Of a stretch of DNA of 64,000 nt, positions 24,080 to 37,473 are shown piece by piece (within the stretch, counting starts at the first letter, position 1; the number at the start of each line of letters is the position of its first letter). The stretch spans positions 10,292,001-10,356,000 of the forward strand of contig NC_092672.1 in assembly GCF_964355755.1 (NCBI RefSeq). The letters are read 5' to 3'. The position numbers were made by a program, and so were the translations under genes. The notes beneath the pieces are model-generated. The model did no database searches and was not told the origin of the DNA. It saw only the letters and a list, made by a program, of their open reading frames with translations. This stretch comes from Antedon mediterranea. Lineage: Eukaryota; Animalia; Echinodermata.

Positions 24080-27000
24080 ATGCGTCTTTTGATGGTGATG
24101 GTTGTTATGGCAGTTGCCATGACAATTACTGTGCAAGGATATCAACGAATATCTATAGTAAATATATTTTTGTAATTGTTTTATCTTAAATATTAGATTT
24201 TAATTGTTAGTGCTAGCAATATTAATATAACACGAAGTATGATGTTTAAACAAACTAGGGTTGTAACTATAATGTAGTTATTGTAAATATCTAGGAAACT
24301 GACTATGTTATGTAGACCTAGATTAGTGAAATGTCTGAACTGATAGCTTATCAAGTAACATTAAAGACATAACCAAGCTAGGTATAGGTTATACACTTGT
24401 TGCAAATTGAATATACGCTATATGTTGGTAAAGTTGGTTTAACTTACTAATACATTTAAGTGTTTGTTTTGACAGGAAATAACGCAAAAAAAGTTTATTA
24501 ATTTATTCTCTTTCATTATTCGAGTGCTCTTTACCCTGATATTACCCATAAAAATAACTTTGATAAATAAATATTTCTAATATATAAAATAATAATAATG
24601 AATAAATAAATAAAATCTTGGAGATTGTGTGATAATGTATCCATAATAAAGCTTGTTTTCCACTATGCGAATCGAACATTCGTGAACTTTGGTTACGGCC
24701 ACTAATGTGGTGAGACAGACTGCATTGTTTTCAATGACAACTTAAAGTTATAGCAACCGAGACTATCTGTTATCAAAGGTTCACTAATACATTGGTGATA
24801 TGGTGGTATGTCGGTTTATTACATACAACATTTCCGTTTCTTCAGAACTTTGACATGTATTGCTACTAAACTTCTTTTTGCAAGATCCAGTGTAATGTCA
24901 ACTATAAACAGCATAATTGTTGTATTATTATTTGGAAATTATTTACTAACATTAGGCATTGAGAAGAAACGAAATTTAGGCCCAAACATTAAACAAAAGA
25001 TTTTCCAAAAGCTTAGAACGCTAATTGCATATAACAAAATAGTTATTGTATAAAGTATGAATTAAATCATATGTATGTTAATCTTCGATGTTACTCTCAC
25101 AGATACGATCCAAACGTAAAGCAACAACACTAGAAGGAAGGAGGTGGCCAGATGGAATCATTCCGTTTACTATTGATAACTCATCAAGTAAGAAAATACA
25201 AGATTTCAATTAAAATTTTCAAAACAAAAATAAAAAAGAATATAGTCAGGAGAGATTAATTTAAGGGCGATACAGATAGGTTATAAATTATTAATTTCAT
25301 ATGAATTCAACATTTTCAACAATTTTAACAACATTTAATTTCGTCCAACCGACATCCAACAGTAAGAAAAAATAAAGATAGTATTGTACAAATATCATTT
25401 ACGTTGACAGCAACAGAAGATAAATTTCATAATTATAAAAATATTGAATAAAGATTGCTATTATTAGGTATATGAATAATTTCAATAATATAACTAATAG
25501 GAACACGTTGACATTGATTTGGAAATTTGTGGTGATAATGACGAACATTGATAATCGAGGAGTTATTTTACATAATCACAAATCAGTATCAACATTGTAT
25601 TTGTATCTATCTATCTATATTATTTAAAATATTGATTTACAGTACCAGATAGAGATGTAATCCTACAAGCAATGGAGGTTTGGGAAACAAACACATGTAT
25701 AACATTCGTCGAGCTTACCGAGCCGGATGATATTGATGATGAAGACAAAACCAGGGTGGTCTTCTTTCGAGGAACTAGGTTAGTCTGAAATTTAGGTTTT
25801 TTAATATCATACAATTAGATAAAGGTGAACTCTGAAAACATATCTCCCGCCAGTGTTATGCAAACAAAACTGATCACTTTTAGGCCTAGGTATTGATGTA
25901 AAACTATAATCAATAGCTTACTATGTCGATCGGTTGGTCGGTTGGTCGGTAAACACTAACTGCAGCCATGTATATGGCCTTTTTGTAATTATGCAACAAT
26001 TGCATTAACTTTATTACCAACTCTTCAGTATCTCTATTTGAAAATTATAAATACAGTTTGGTGTTTATGTTTTGTCAGTCAATTTATTTTATCATTGCTA
26101 TACTTTTAACTCAAGATAAGATAAAGTAGATACTGAGAATGAAACAAAAATCCTCTTTTGTATTTATTTCTTTGTGATTATAAAGAAATTTAAAAACTAA
26201 TAGGAACATCTTCTAATATAAGATGTACATAGAAAATCATAAATCATAACGAAATAATTGCGAGAATCAAATAGCTCTGGGAATGATCTATTTTGAAAAA
26301 TAACGACAGCAAGTAAACTGGCTAGAGAGTTAACTTTGAAAGTCACCTAAGCTGATGTATCATATATTTATGTATTAGCACGTTGTCTGTTATTTTATTA
26401 GTTAGTATATTATTAGCTGTTATTTTATGTTTATTATTAAACATTTATTGGAGTTCGAATGACGTATTTGAGGATACTGTCACCATCAGGTAATAGCTTT
26501 CAATTCATGTCTGATATAAAGATGTATACTAGTGTGTGTATCATAATGTCTCTAAAGATGAAAAATATCGGTCTATATAATATTATATTTATTATTTTTA
26601 GCTGCTGGGCTGGCGTTGGAAAACATGGATATCCTGATCAGTATGTCTCACTTGGACAAGACTGTGATTTTGTAAGTTCTATAGTATAGTTTGTCATGCT
26701 TGAATTCTAATAGTGGAATAGTTAGTATGAACTGATATTTATACATATACACTTGTATTGTTCCAGTTTGCAGAGAATTTTGAAGGATCAACCACGCATA
26801 TGTAATCTCAGCAAAAAAATAGAATCATTTATCTCTAGATTATCGAGCTTGCGTTTGATTAATTCGAGTCATGAAGAGTAAAAATCAATGTTTAATTCCA
26901 AAGTTTAAAATGTATTTTAAATGAATTAATTTTGATTAAGTTGTAGATTATCCTTGTCCATTCCTCTAAGGCAATTTTCTTATATCTTAAATCTTGAAAT

Positions 27001-30000
27001 ATTAAATTATCAGATACATGTAACATTCCTCTAAAATAACATTGATACAATTTTGTAACTTTCCACAAGGTTCATGTTGTACTACATGAAATAGGTCATG
27101 TGATTGGTTTTGAACATGAGCACAAGCGACCTGACCGAGATAAATATGTTCGTATTAATTGGCTAAACATCGACAAAGATGATGCGTACAACTATGAAAA
27201 ACGCAAAACGCTGACATCTGTGCCCTATGACCTCTATTCAATAATGCACTATGCTCGTGAGGTAAAGTAATTGTTAATACAATATTTTATAATTCATTTT
27301 TTATACACACTCTTATATCATCGTTAATTGTTAATAACAGATACTCTCGTCTATTAAGCGAAGAAAGAGGCAACACATCTCGATTATTTTTTTACTGCAT
27401 GAATTTCACAACATGCATAATTAATTTGTCCTCGCATTTCACACGAATAATACACGCATGTAATTCATTTCAGACTTTCAGCTCTAACGGTTTGCCAACA
27501 GTTCTGACCGTAGATCCGTTGAAACAGTATGATATAGGGAAGGTGTATGTGCTTAGTTTTTATGACATCAAGTTAGCTAATGAAATGTACAACTGTAATG
27601 GTAAGAATACTAATTTATTGTTTTTTACGTGTTATGTACTTGTTTGTTTGTTATCATTGTTATTAATAAAAAATGTTCGTGAAGTTAATTATTTGTAATA
27701 TACAGTTTGTTTTCAATAGATCTGAATAATTGTTATGTATAATTGTTTATTATAAAATGATCTGTAAATTATCTAGAATTGTCATATGGCCTGTTGAACG
27801 TGCAGTATCAATACAATACGCGAGCGAGTGAGTGGCCGAGCGGTTAAGACAGTGGAACCGTAATTACGTAGCCATAACATCGGCAAGGGTTCGAGGCTCA
27901 CTCGCTCCGTGGTTCTGGTGGTAGAACGAGTGAGTCTTCTCGGATAAGGACTATAAACCGTAGGTCCAGTGTACACATAGCTCATGCGCACTTTAAAGAA
28001 CCTAGTACATCTTTCGAGACGAGTAGGGGGTTACCCCGGTGTACTAGTCCACACAAACACAGCCACTGTCACACACAACCACTGTGCAAATTGGGACTGG
28101 ACCGTTTTAGAGGTGTTTACCACCTGTTGGTCCAGATCCTTCACTAACTGAGTTAGTGAGAAGTCGAATAAATAAAAAATAAAATAAAAACAATAATATT
28201 ACATTATTTAAAAATGCTGACTTTCTTTCATCAGGAATGACATTACTTGTCTAACATACTTTCAACGTTAGTACCATGTCCGAAACTATAATAAAAATGT
28301 TTTTATAAAGCCAATATAAGTCGTCGTCTCGGATAATTTGCATACGGTTTATGTTGACATTCATAATAGTACTATATGAAAAATAAAAGCACAGAAAGAA
28401 ATGGTTATTGTAGTTGAATCTATACATGAATAAGAAATAATTATAATCACATTTCTATCTTCTTCTTGTCTGCTAAAAATATTCACAGAAAACTGTATTC
28501 ACAAAGACGTTTGTCAGAACGGTGGGTTTGTGGGACCGAGTCCAGACTGCCATTGTGTGTGTCCAAATGATTATTATGGTAATCGTTGTCACTTCGAAAA
28601 AGCTCCCGCCCCAAAAGGTATGTGTACTACCCAAATACACTAGAGCTAAAGCTCTGTCTACACTATCAAAAAAGTGTGATGTGCTCAAATGATATGCTTG
28701 GTAGTGATATAACATCATTATATTATAATGTGCACATCACATTATTTTGTCACATAAAGATTGATAGTGTAGACAGAGCTTAAGGAACGAAATATTACAT
28801 ACGGGGCCTATATGCACATCACATTATTTTGTCACATAAAGATTGATAGCGTAGACAGAGCTTAAGGAATGAAATAATATATAGGGGGCATATGTGCACA
28901 TCACATTATTTTTTCACATAAAGTTATAATATAGACAGAGTTTAAGGAACAAAATAATTAAATAATAAATAACTAATCAACAAACGAAGGAACAAATGGA
29001 AATTAAAGACTCTATATGCAAACATATTAGTATGATGTATTCTGTTTATAATCGATTTCAATAATTTACACATTCATGTATACAAACCTAATGTGTTTTT
29101 ATTTTCTATCAAAAGGTTGTCGTCATCGTATTCTGAAACCTGGTAAATTAACGTCGCCAAATTACCCTATGCCTTACAGTAGCAAATCGGACTGTATATG
29201 GTACATAAAGGTAATTATCGTGTATAGGCCCTGTGTAATATTTCTATGTAGGCCTGACTTCTAAACATCATCTAAATTATTATAATTAACAGGCTAAAAA
29301 AGATCAAACAATCAGATTGACTTTCACTGAATTTAATATCGAAGATTCACCACATTGTAATAGAGATTACCTAAACATACGCACGAAGAATATGTACCAA
29401 GATGAGGATAAATAGTAGGTACTTTTTATACAAATAGTTATACCTAATTGTGTGTTTTATTGCATTATGTGTTGTACCATAGAATCAGTTTGGTCATCAT
29501 GCCAACATAATGGAATCTATCCAATTCATTGATAATTACAAATCATATTATTTCTAAAAATTATTTGTATATGTAAGACTTTTGTATTATTTCTATCAGC
29601 TATTGTGGCAACAGAATTCCAGAGACTATAAAAACAGAAGGAAACGAAATGATGTTGCTATTTATTACAGACTATGTAATAGAGTCTAAAGGTTTTTCAG
29701 CAGAACTCAAGTTTGAAAATAAAGATAAAATTAAAGGTAACAATCATTTTGTAAGGTTTCAGACGATAACGAAAACCACAAAAATGTCCTAAAATACAGA
29801 ATATAATAAAAATGTGGTTTTTTTTTACCATGGAGCAGAACTATGGAACTATGTCTAATTTGAAAAGATTGATCTTATTTAAACTTTTTAGTATGTTTTG
29901 TTTAATTCTAACCTCTTTAAAGTTGTTAAATCCAGTAGTGTTAGTTATATTTGATATATTACTGTCGTTAATCATTTTGATTAAAGACAACTACATGATG

Positions 30001-33000
30001 TAGGCCTACCATAAAATTGCATAAATATACTGTTACAGTACTGATGATACATTTTTAGAAAAATATAACTCTAACTGTTTTGAGAGAAGTTGTTATCAAT
30101 ACTTGGGAAAACCGGCATCTTACACCGACGCTAAAAAACGTTGTGAAGATAAAGGAGCAACGTTATTGATGGTCAGTAGTGCAGGGGAAAATGAGTTCCT
30201 GAGGGTAAGCTTCGGAGAGTCTTTAATTGGTAGCAGTTACTGGATTGATTTTCCAACTGACGTCACTGAGAGAGAAACCGGATGGGAATGGTCAATAGGT
30301 ATGTTGTTTGATAGTCATATTATTTGTATTCATCAACAGTAGTAATTCATATAAAATTTACGTATAGTGGGTGAGTGGTCGATTGGTTATGACAGTAGAA
30401 CCGTAATCCGTAGCCACAACATATCGACAAGGGTTCGAGGCTCTCGCTCCATGGTTCTGGCGGTAGAACAAACCTTCTCGGATAAGAAAATTTTCACAAA
30501 AACAAGGCCATATACATGGCTGCAGTCGCGTGCTAAAGTTAATGTTTACCGACCAACCGACCGACCGACATAGTGAGCTGTAGAGTCGCACGCACGCGAC
30601 TAAAAAGCGAAAACAAAAAAACTTCTAACCAATGTGGTTCACTTACCAAATTACATTTGGCCTACCTAAAATAAATAAAGTAAGTAAATATCTACTTAAA
30701 CTTATACTTAATTTATTGTTGTACATTTTTTTTGTAGCGTGGTATGACTATTTAACTAGTTTGAATGGAACCGAATGTTGTATCAACCGTGTGTTCGATG
30801 ACTGGATTGCCGAATACTGTGACGACACAGATCCGTACGTCATTTGTGAAACGAGAGTTTCAGAAGACGTCAAACGTAAGTTATGAAGAACAAAGAACAA
30901 GTGAATATGTTTCAGTGTATTATATTAGTGAGGGTGTTTGGCGCAGTGTGTTGGACTGGAGATCGTGGTTCGAATCCAACTCTCGCCGCATCCTTAGGCA
31001 AGATACTTTACTTACGTAGCCTCTCTCCACCCAGGTGTATAAAATGGGTACACGGTTAGATCAAGATCTTAGCGCTGGTTACTAGCTGCATTATGGGAGT
31101 ATGTTTCCATACATGTTTGATGCAAAACAATGACCGGGGTAATAATGTTCAGCGCTTAGAGGTTTCACAACATTATAGGCGCTATATAAATTCAGGATAT
31201 TATTATTATAATATATGACTTACCCAGTGGTCCTATAAATAAAATATAAAAAAATGCGTATTCTCATCCCATGTACTTTTAATTAGTAGCCTTCAAATAG
31301 TAACATTTCAAATGAAATAAAAAAAAAAGAACTTCAAATATGAAGTCTTCTTTAGGTCTATTTTTTACTTTAATTGGAGATTCTTAAGTTTGTGAATGTG
31401 TTGACTTACTTTGATTCCCCGAAGGATTTAATGATAGAAAATATATGACTGAACTAAAACCAAAACAATATAAACCAAAATGACATCATTTTAATCATAT
31501 CCTTTATAATAGCCAAATGGCGCCAATGGTCTGAATGGAGTGGTTGCACAGCGACTTGTGGAGGCGGATTCAAAACGCGATATCGGCATTGTAGTTTGCC
31601 TGGTCTATGCAATGGAACGACTAACGACACGGCTGCATGTAATATAGCTGAATGCCCTGGATCTTTTGCTCAAGGCAAAGGGACCGACCAAAGCTCTTTG
31701 GAGGATGGAGATTCTTTTGAGTCATGGAATGCTATTGATTCGCTATATTGGCCTAAATCTTCAGATGGTAGCTGTAGTGTTACTAGTAATTTGAATTGTT
31801 TTATAATAAAATCAAACAAAAGAAAAATGTTACTTTTATCTTAGAAACAATAGGTCATATAACTAAATGGCCTTGCTAAAAGATAAACTTGAACGCATAC
31901 CTACCAATAGGCAATATTAATATTATTAATATAATCAGCACTAATTATTATTATTATTATTATTATTTATTTTAAATTAAAATATAGAATTATCTTGAAC
32001 CCATGATAGAAACAATATAATTCTTATAATATGTTTGTATTTTTTGTACAATTGCGTAAAATTATACTATGGTATTTTCTTTATTAGAATACGAATGGGA
32101 GCCATGGTGGGTAGTCGACCTTGGAACATCATACACTGTAGTAAAACTATTCGTTACGATTGATGCTCAAAGATGTAAGTTAAATTGATATGCAATTTTC
32201 TACCCTTCTTACATCTCAATTATATTATATTCAATCCCATTTAGAAATACTCTTTTACTTTTTGTTTGAAATTAAAGAAACTGAAATGTTAAAAGGTATA
32301 CTGGATAGTCCTAGGTTTCCTGTGCTACAAAGCAATTATTTCAATTTGCTCACTAAAAACCATAAGATCAATTGTTTTACAATAGTACCAGGTATATTCG
32401 TTTCTCTGAACTGAATTATGCAATGAATGCACAACGAAATACAAGGCACTCACAACAATTTTGTTTACCCAGTTTCAATTCCTATAGATCAAACAATTAT
32501 AATGCAATAAAATCTGGCCCAGTTACACTTCTATGACTCATGTACTCTTTTATTCATTAAAATGTAATAATGGCTATATGGTTATTGATAAAATCATGCT
32601 TTTATGAAGTATACAGAATGCGGGGGTATGTAATACGTGTTGGAGAGTCACTTCAATTACTCGATTCCAACCGACAGTGCAGGAGTGTCCTCTCCGACGC
32701 AGATATAAATGGACATTACCAAATTGAAATACAATGTTCTCCAACACCGACTGGACGCTATCTGAGCTTCCAAAAAGAAGGCCATTACGGAAGAATAACA
32801 TTATGTGAAGTTGATGTCTTCGTATCTGGTTAGTTATGCAAACTGCTATAGATAAACATAGACTCTATTTTGTGTCAATGCACATACGTTTTTTATTGTA
32901 TTGCTTCCTAGTCTATCGGCCTATGCGTTGCTGCGCAGTAGCCTACTTGCTGAAAGTATGTTATAAAGAAATGTTTGTGGTGCACACTCAACCGTTTCAA

Positions 33001-36000
33001 TTTCAAACTGAAACTGTGCTGAAATGATTGTTAAAACCAACACATAATAGAACCCACGTATCTAGGTGACTTGCGATAGTCATTTAGACTCTATCTAATG
33101 ACAGCTGGAGAATCTGATGTAGAACCAAAATTACTCAAATTAAAAACCTCCCAAATATATATTCTGTTATCTTTTCAGCTTTGCAATGTCCCTTTGTGGA
33201 TACACACTTGGTATATGTCGATTCCTCATCTAGAGGTGCAGAAGTTACTTGGCCAGATCCTAAGTTCATTGACAGCTCATTTGGAGGAAAGATAAAGTGT
33301 TCTAGAAAATCAGGATCATTTTTTCCAATTGGTCAAACTACTGTCACGTGCACAGCAGAAAACACATTCTTTTCTTACCAGAACATGTGTTCATTTTCAG
33401 TTAATGTTCAAGGTATGAGTTGTTTCTATTAAATACTTTTAACATTTGTTTAAAAGATGTTACGCAATCCAGAATATCTATGTCATCGTCTACGATAATA
33501 AAGAGGGGTTGTGGTGGATTGTCCGTAAAGTGGTTTCCATATGATTTCATAATGAATGCCTTTTTATATAATTATATGTACTGTATCTCTACACATGGAA
33601 TTATAGTCCAGTATTGCATGTGTATCACATGTGCCACCTGTATTGTATTATATTACACTATGCTAAGGTAAGGATTGTTTCACATAAACAAAAACATAAT
33701 TGTTCCATGTATAAAGTTGGTTAATTCCTAATTTGGTTTTACCATCTGCCCATTTATTTATAGTTTGCACGCAGAAGTACAATTCGTTTTGTTATGCTGT
33801 AGTACACGAGAAGAAAACATACATTGAAGCTAGAGAAGCCTGTCTAAAGATGGGATTTGATTTGGTTAACATTGAGACGAAAGAAGAAAATGACTATGTT
33901 TGGCAGAAGTTGTTGCTTGGTTTGACCGATCAAAGGGATACCTATATTGCACCAAATGATAAAAATGACGAGGGTGTTTTTACTTTGCCAACAGGAGAAA
34001 ATATCACTTTTTCAAGTAAGTCTAATTTTGTACCCAGTAATGTTTAGAAGCATAGTAGGGAATGGAATATGTGAATGTGGTGTGTGCAACCAGTAACAAT
34101 AATAGAAATTACTTGTCAACCTTACTGACAATTACACAACCTTTAGCTAGGCCTATTGATTGTTTTCATTTTTTTTCATAATATAACTAGCCAAAACTGT
34201 TGCCTTTCTTCACCAAAGGAACCAGTGAAATCTATTTGACTTGATTCAATTTCGGTACAACACAAAATTACAGAATAATACAAAACAATACACATTAAAC
34301 AAAATGCAAAGGATTGTCAGAAGCAAACTAAATCACTGTTTGCGTGATATAGTATTATGTAAATAAAAATTATATCCATTTAAAATTCATAATTATATAT
34401 TTAAAGATTGGGATTTTGAACAACCAAATAATTACGGTAGCGGACAACACTGTACCGTCATGTACAAGTATGAAGGAGAATGGGGAGACGAGGATTGCGA
34501 GTTTCCTAGGATTTCAGTATGCAAGGCACCTTTACCAGGTAACAATATACCTTACTTTTCATCACGTTTTTACCAAATGGAAACAAACTACAATAGACGC
34601 AAAGTATTGCTACATGTCCTTCTTTTTTATTGAACTAAAATAATATAAAGCGTTCCATTAATAAATAAATGTAAAATCACATATAACACATTACAGTTGT
34701 TGGTAAAAAATCACCGGCTTCAACTAAAGTAGAAATCTGTTCCAGGTTTATCGAGCAAAAATAAATTATCTCAACTTTGTTTTAGGTTAATGATTTGGAA
34801 TGATTCAGTTCTTCTAATAAACTAACAAATAATTGTTTATTATATTTCTTATATTTTCTCTAATAAAGAAAGGACACTGTAATAATACTTCAGTTATTGA
34901 CTTAAGCACGTTTGTAACTATTTTCACTTAATAAAAAAATATTTGTGCCAGTAATCTAAAACATCTTCTTACACCCATGTTTATAATTATTTCGTCTTAG
35001 TTGGAGTTGTACCTGAAATAGATGTTCAATTAGTGTTACCAGGGAATGTTACCACACAAGATACATTTACTATTACCTGCCAAAGTGATAGTTCTGAAGT
35101 CCCACCAGTGCCAACAATTACACTGTATAAAGATGATTACAAGATACACTCTGAATTAGGATACCGTTTAACACATACAGTTATCTCTGCTTCACATGCC
35201 GATTCTGGAGTGTACACATGCGCAATAAATAATGACGAAGGCAGTAGAGACAGTGAAAGCAAAAACCTTTTTGTTAATGGTAAGTGCGTAATACTTTCCG
35301 GTACATACCAACATTTAATGATATATGTATGTTGATCGGTTGCGTAGTAGCTTAAATCAGTACTTTTTTTCGAATTACATAATCTTTATAAACGCTGATC
35401 TCAATTTCGTGTAAACAGGTCATATTACTATTATAAACTCATATCAAACCTAATATTGTTAGTGTAGAAAAAATTATTTTGAATATTACTTAGTAAGAGT
35501 GTTTATTTTGATCTACTGTTTGTTAGGTCCACCTGATCCAACACCTACAGTTGAAATTGAAACTTGTGATCATGAATACAAAGGAGTTTGCTATCTACCT
35601 ATTGCAACTAGACAAAACTTTAAAGTTTCCAAAAGGATATGTAGAGCTCTAGGCGGACAACTTTTGACTATCAAAGATGCAGGTGTAAACAACTTTGTTC
35701 GTAAGCTGGTCAAACTAGAAGCGTACATTGGCTTAACTGACATGCAGAAGGAAGGAAACTGGAAATGGCTGGCAGGTGGAAAGCTACAGTTTAAGAGTAA
35801 GTTATATTAATATGTGTTTGTTTATGTTTTGCTAAAACACAGGGATGAATGAATAACTTCCCACAACCTAAAGGAATGTTTTAAACTTATATATTGAAGT
35901 ACTTCAACCCTGTTGGTTATAAATGATGGAGGTTAAATACCAAGTGTTTAAGATTGCCATAATTTCATGTTACTATTAAAAGACTGCTCGAATCTGTTTA

Positions 36001-36411
36001 TACTGACATAATTACATGTTTATTATAATATTGTTTTACATACGATTAAATTCCAATTAAAATATGTTGGTAACAGTATATTTTGGTAATTTTGATAAGT
36101 TTATAACTAAAAAGTAATGATAATGACCATTCACACAACAATTGTTTTCGGTAAATTCATCACATTATTTTTTAAACTTACTCCTTATTTGCATGTACAT
36201 AATGTACTATAATTAATTTAGGATAACTAGACTATAGTTCATACCTACACAATTATTTATATCTTGTTTAGAATGGATGAAGAACCAACCAGACAACAAG
36301 GGAAAAGGGAAGGGTGAAGATTGTGTGGCAATAAAACCAAACGGATTGTGGAGAGATGTTTCTTGTAAACGTAAGATAAGAGCAGTATGTGAAATACGGA
36401 CTCGCAATTAA
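24080..36411 (+). CDS. Secreted astacin (SpAN/blastula protease 10-like) mosaic protease, paralog 1: SP-astacin-EGF-CUB-CTL-TSP1-FTP-HYR-CTL-Ig-CTL, ~1144 aa
   Basis: 21 phase-consistent exons: 24080-24157, 25103-25187, 25643-25778, 26602-26671, 27070-27261, 27474-27600, 28489-28617, 29116-29210, 29293-29414, 29600-29736, 30059-30298, 30738-30875, 31513-31785, 32088-32174, 32610-32828, 33179-33412, 33764-34015, 34407-34538, 35001-35279, 35527-35796, 36272-36411. Motifs: HEIGHVIGFEHEHKRPDRD, Met-turn SIMHY, RSKR|KATT, WRQWSEWSGCTATCGGG, PWWVVDLG, GSFFPIGQTTVTCTA, DSGVYTC, QPD. Confidence 0.9.
25912..25985 (-). mobile_element. DINE-1/Helentron-like short element, partial
   Basis: Reverse complement of 30501-30605 ((CCGA)n microsatellite and ggccatatacatggctgcag). 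Confidence 0.5.
27822..28190 (+). mobile_element. tRNA-derived SINE with Deu/Nin-like central domain
   Basis: A-box TGGCCGAGCGG, B-box GGTTCGAGGC, core GGATAAGGACTATAAACCGTAGGTCC...TAAAGAACC...GAGTAGGGGGTTACCCCGGTG, A-rich tail. Related copies at 30369-30490 and 58340-58552. Confidence 0.8.
28650..28945. mobile_element. Harbinger/PIF-type MITE (28650-28780, TSD TAA) followed by two tandem re-duplications of its 3' end
   Basis: TAA|AGCTCTGTCTACACTATCAA...TTGATAGTGTAGACAGAGCT|TAA. The ~80-bp 3' segment plus flank is repeated at ~28812-28880 and ~28893-28950. Confidence 0.85.
30369..30490 (+). mobile_element. 5' fragment of the tRNA/Deu SINE
   Basis: Aligns by eye with 27825-27950. Confidence 0.7.
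30501..30605 (+). mobile_element. DINE-1/Helentron-like short element
   Basis: acaaggcc..., (CCGA)n microsatellite, terminal hairpin AGTCGC..GCGACT, A-runs on both flanks. Confidence 0.55.
30931..31210 (+). mobile_element. tRNA-derived CORE-type SINE
   Basis: A-box TGGCGCAGTG, B-box GGTTCGAATCC, CORE-like CCTTAGGCAAG...CTCTCTCCACCCAGGTGTATAAAATGGGTAC, L2-like tail AGCGCTTAGAG...GCGCTATATAAAT...(TTA)n. Confidence 0.75.
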
Positions 36412-37473
36412 AATGAAAATACTGTAGATCAATAATATCAAATTAGCCATACCATTACGGGTAAATAAATACTACGAAACTTATAGAAGAAAAGAGATAT
36501 TTAACTCTTAAAAATACTAGTAAAAACCATCGATGGTGGATATTATTTCTATTTTTGGGGAAATTATCTCATTATTTTTTATTATTAATTTTAAAGACAA
36601 ATAATGTTTAGTATAAGCTTGCTTTCGTTTTTAGCAATTTATTTTCGTTATAATATAACAAATTAGCTTTTACGTCAAACAGTATTTAACCGTTTTAAGA
36701 TTAAATATGATTATAATTTTTTTTCTTGTTGATCATTAACTTTAAAAAAGATCATAGAAAACATCGGCTCACCATCTTTGCGGATATGAATAAAAACAGA
36801 AAATAATTATTTAATGTTTTTTATTTGTACTTATTCCGCTGATATATAAACTCTCTTTCTGTAATAAAACTTTGTGTATTTATACTAAGAAAGTGTATGT
36901 TCAATTTACTATTTATTTTTAACGAAATACTAAATATCTCGAGTCTGGTCATCACGGATTTCTGTCCGACGAAGTATATTTAGATGTATCCCACCGTGAC
37001 AAAATAAGCCAAAATCGACCTAGTTTATTTTTTTACACCATATTTTAACTTAATCCTTATATAAATCTGACAGATTACATAGATTCCATAACTGCGGACC
37101 GTTAGTTAAAAGTTCACCTATAACATTATTGGTAATCAAAATTGTTATCAATGCTACTAATACTATCATCATTATTGTATTATCATTATAGATTACCTTA
37201 AATGATCGATAATACGGTTTATTATAATAATCATTATTTATTGCAAATATTGCTCACGAATATTCACATTAATATGCAATATCCTGAGCGATTACTGCGT
37301 CTTAGCATGTCTGGGTTATGACCGATTGTAACCGATCTTCCTTCCTGAACAAGAATACGACATAAGCTCTATTAGAAATCATGTCGACAATTACTGTACG
37401 TGCGCATCATAGTGAGACTGTTTACTTTCGCAACACACGCCTCATCTCCAGGGCTCTGTAGCCCACTTGAAAG

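Noticed and set aside
27822-27910. tRNA genes (also 18735, 30931, 58480)
   Set aside because: A/B boxes are present but there is no proper cloverleaf; three of the four continue into recognisable SINE bodies.
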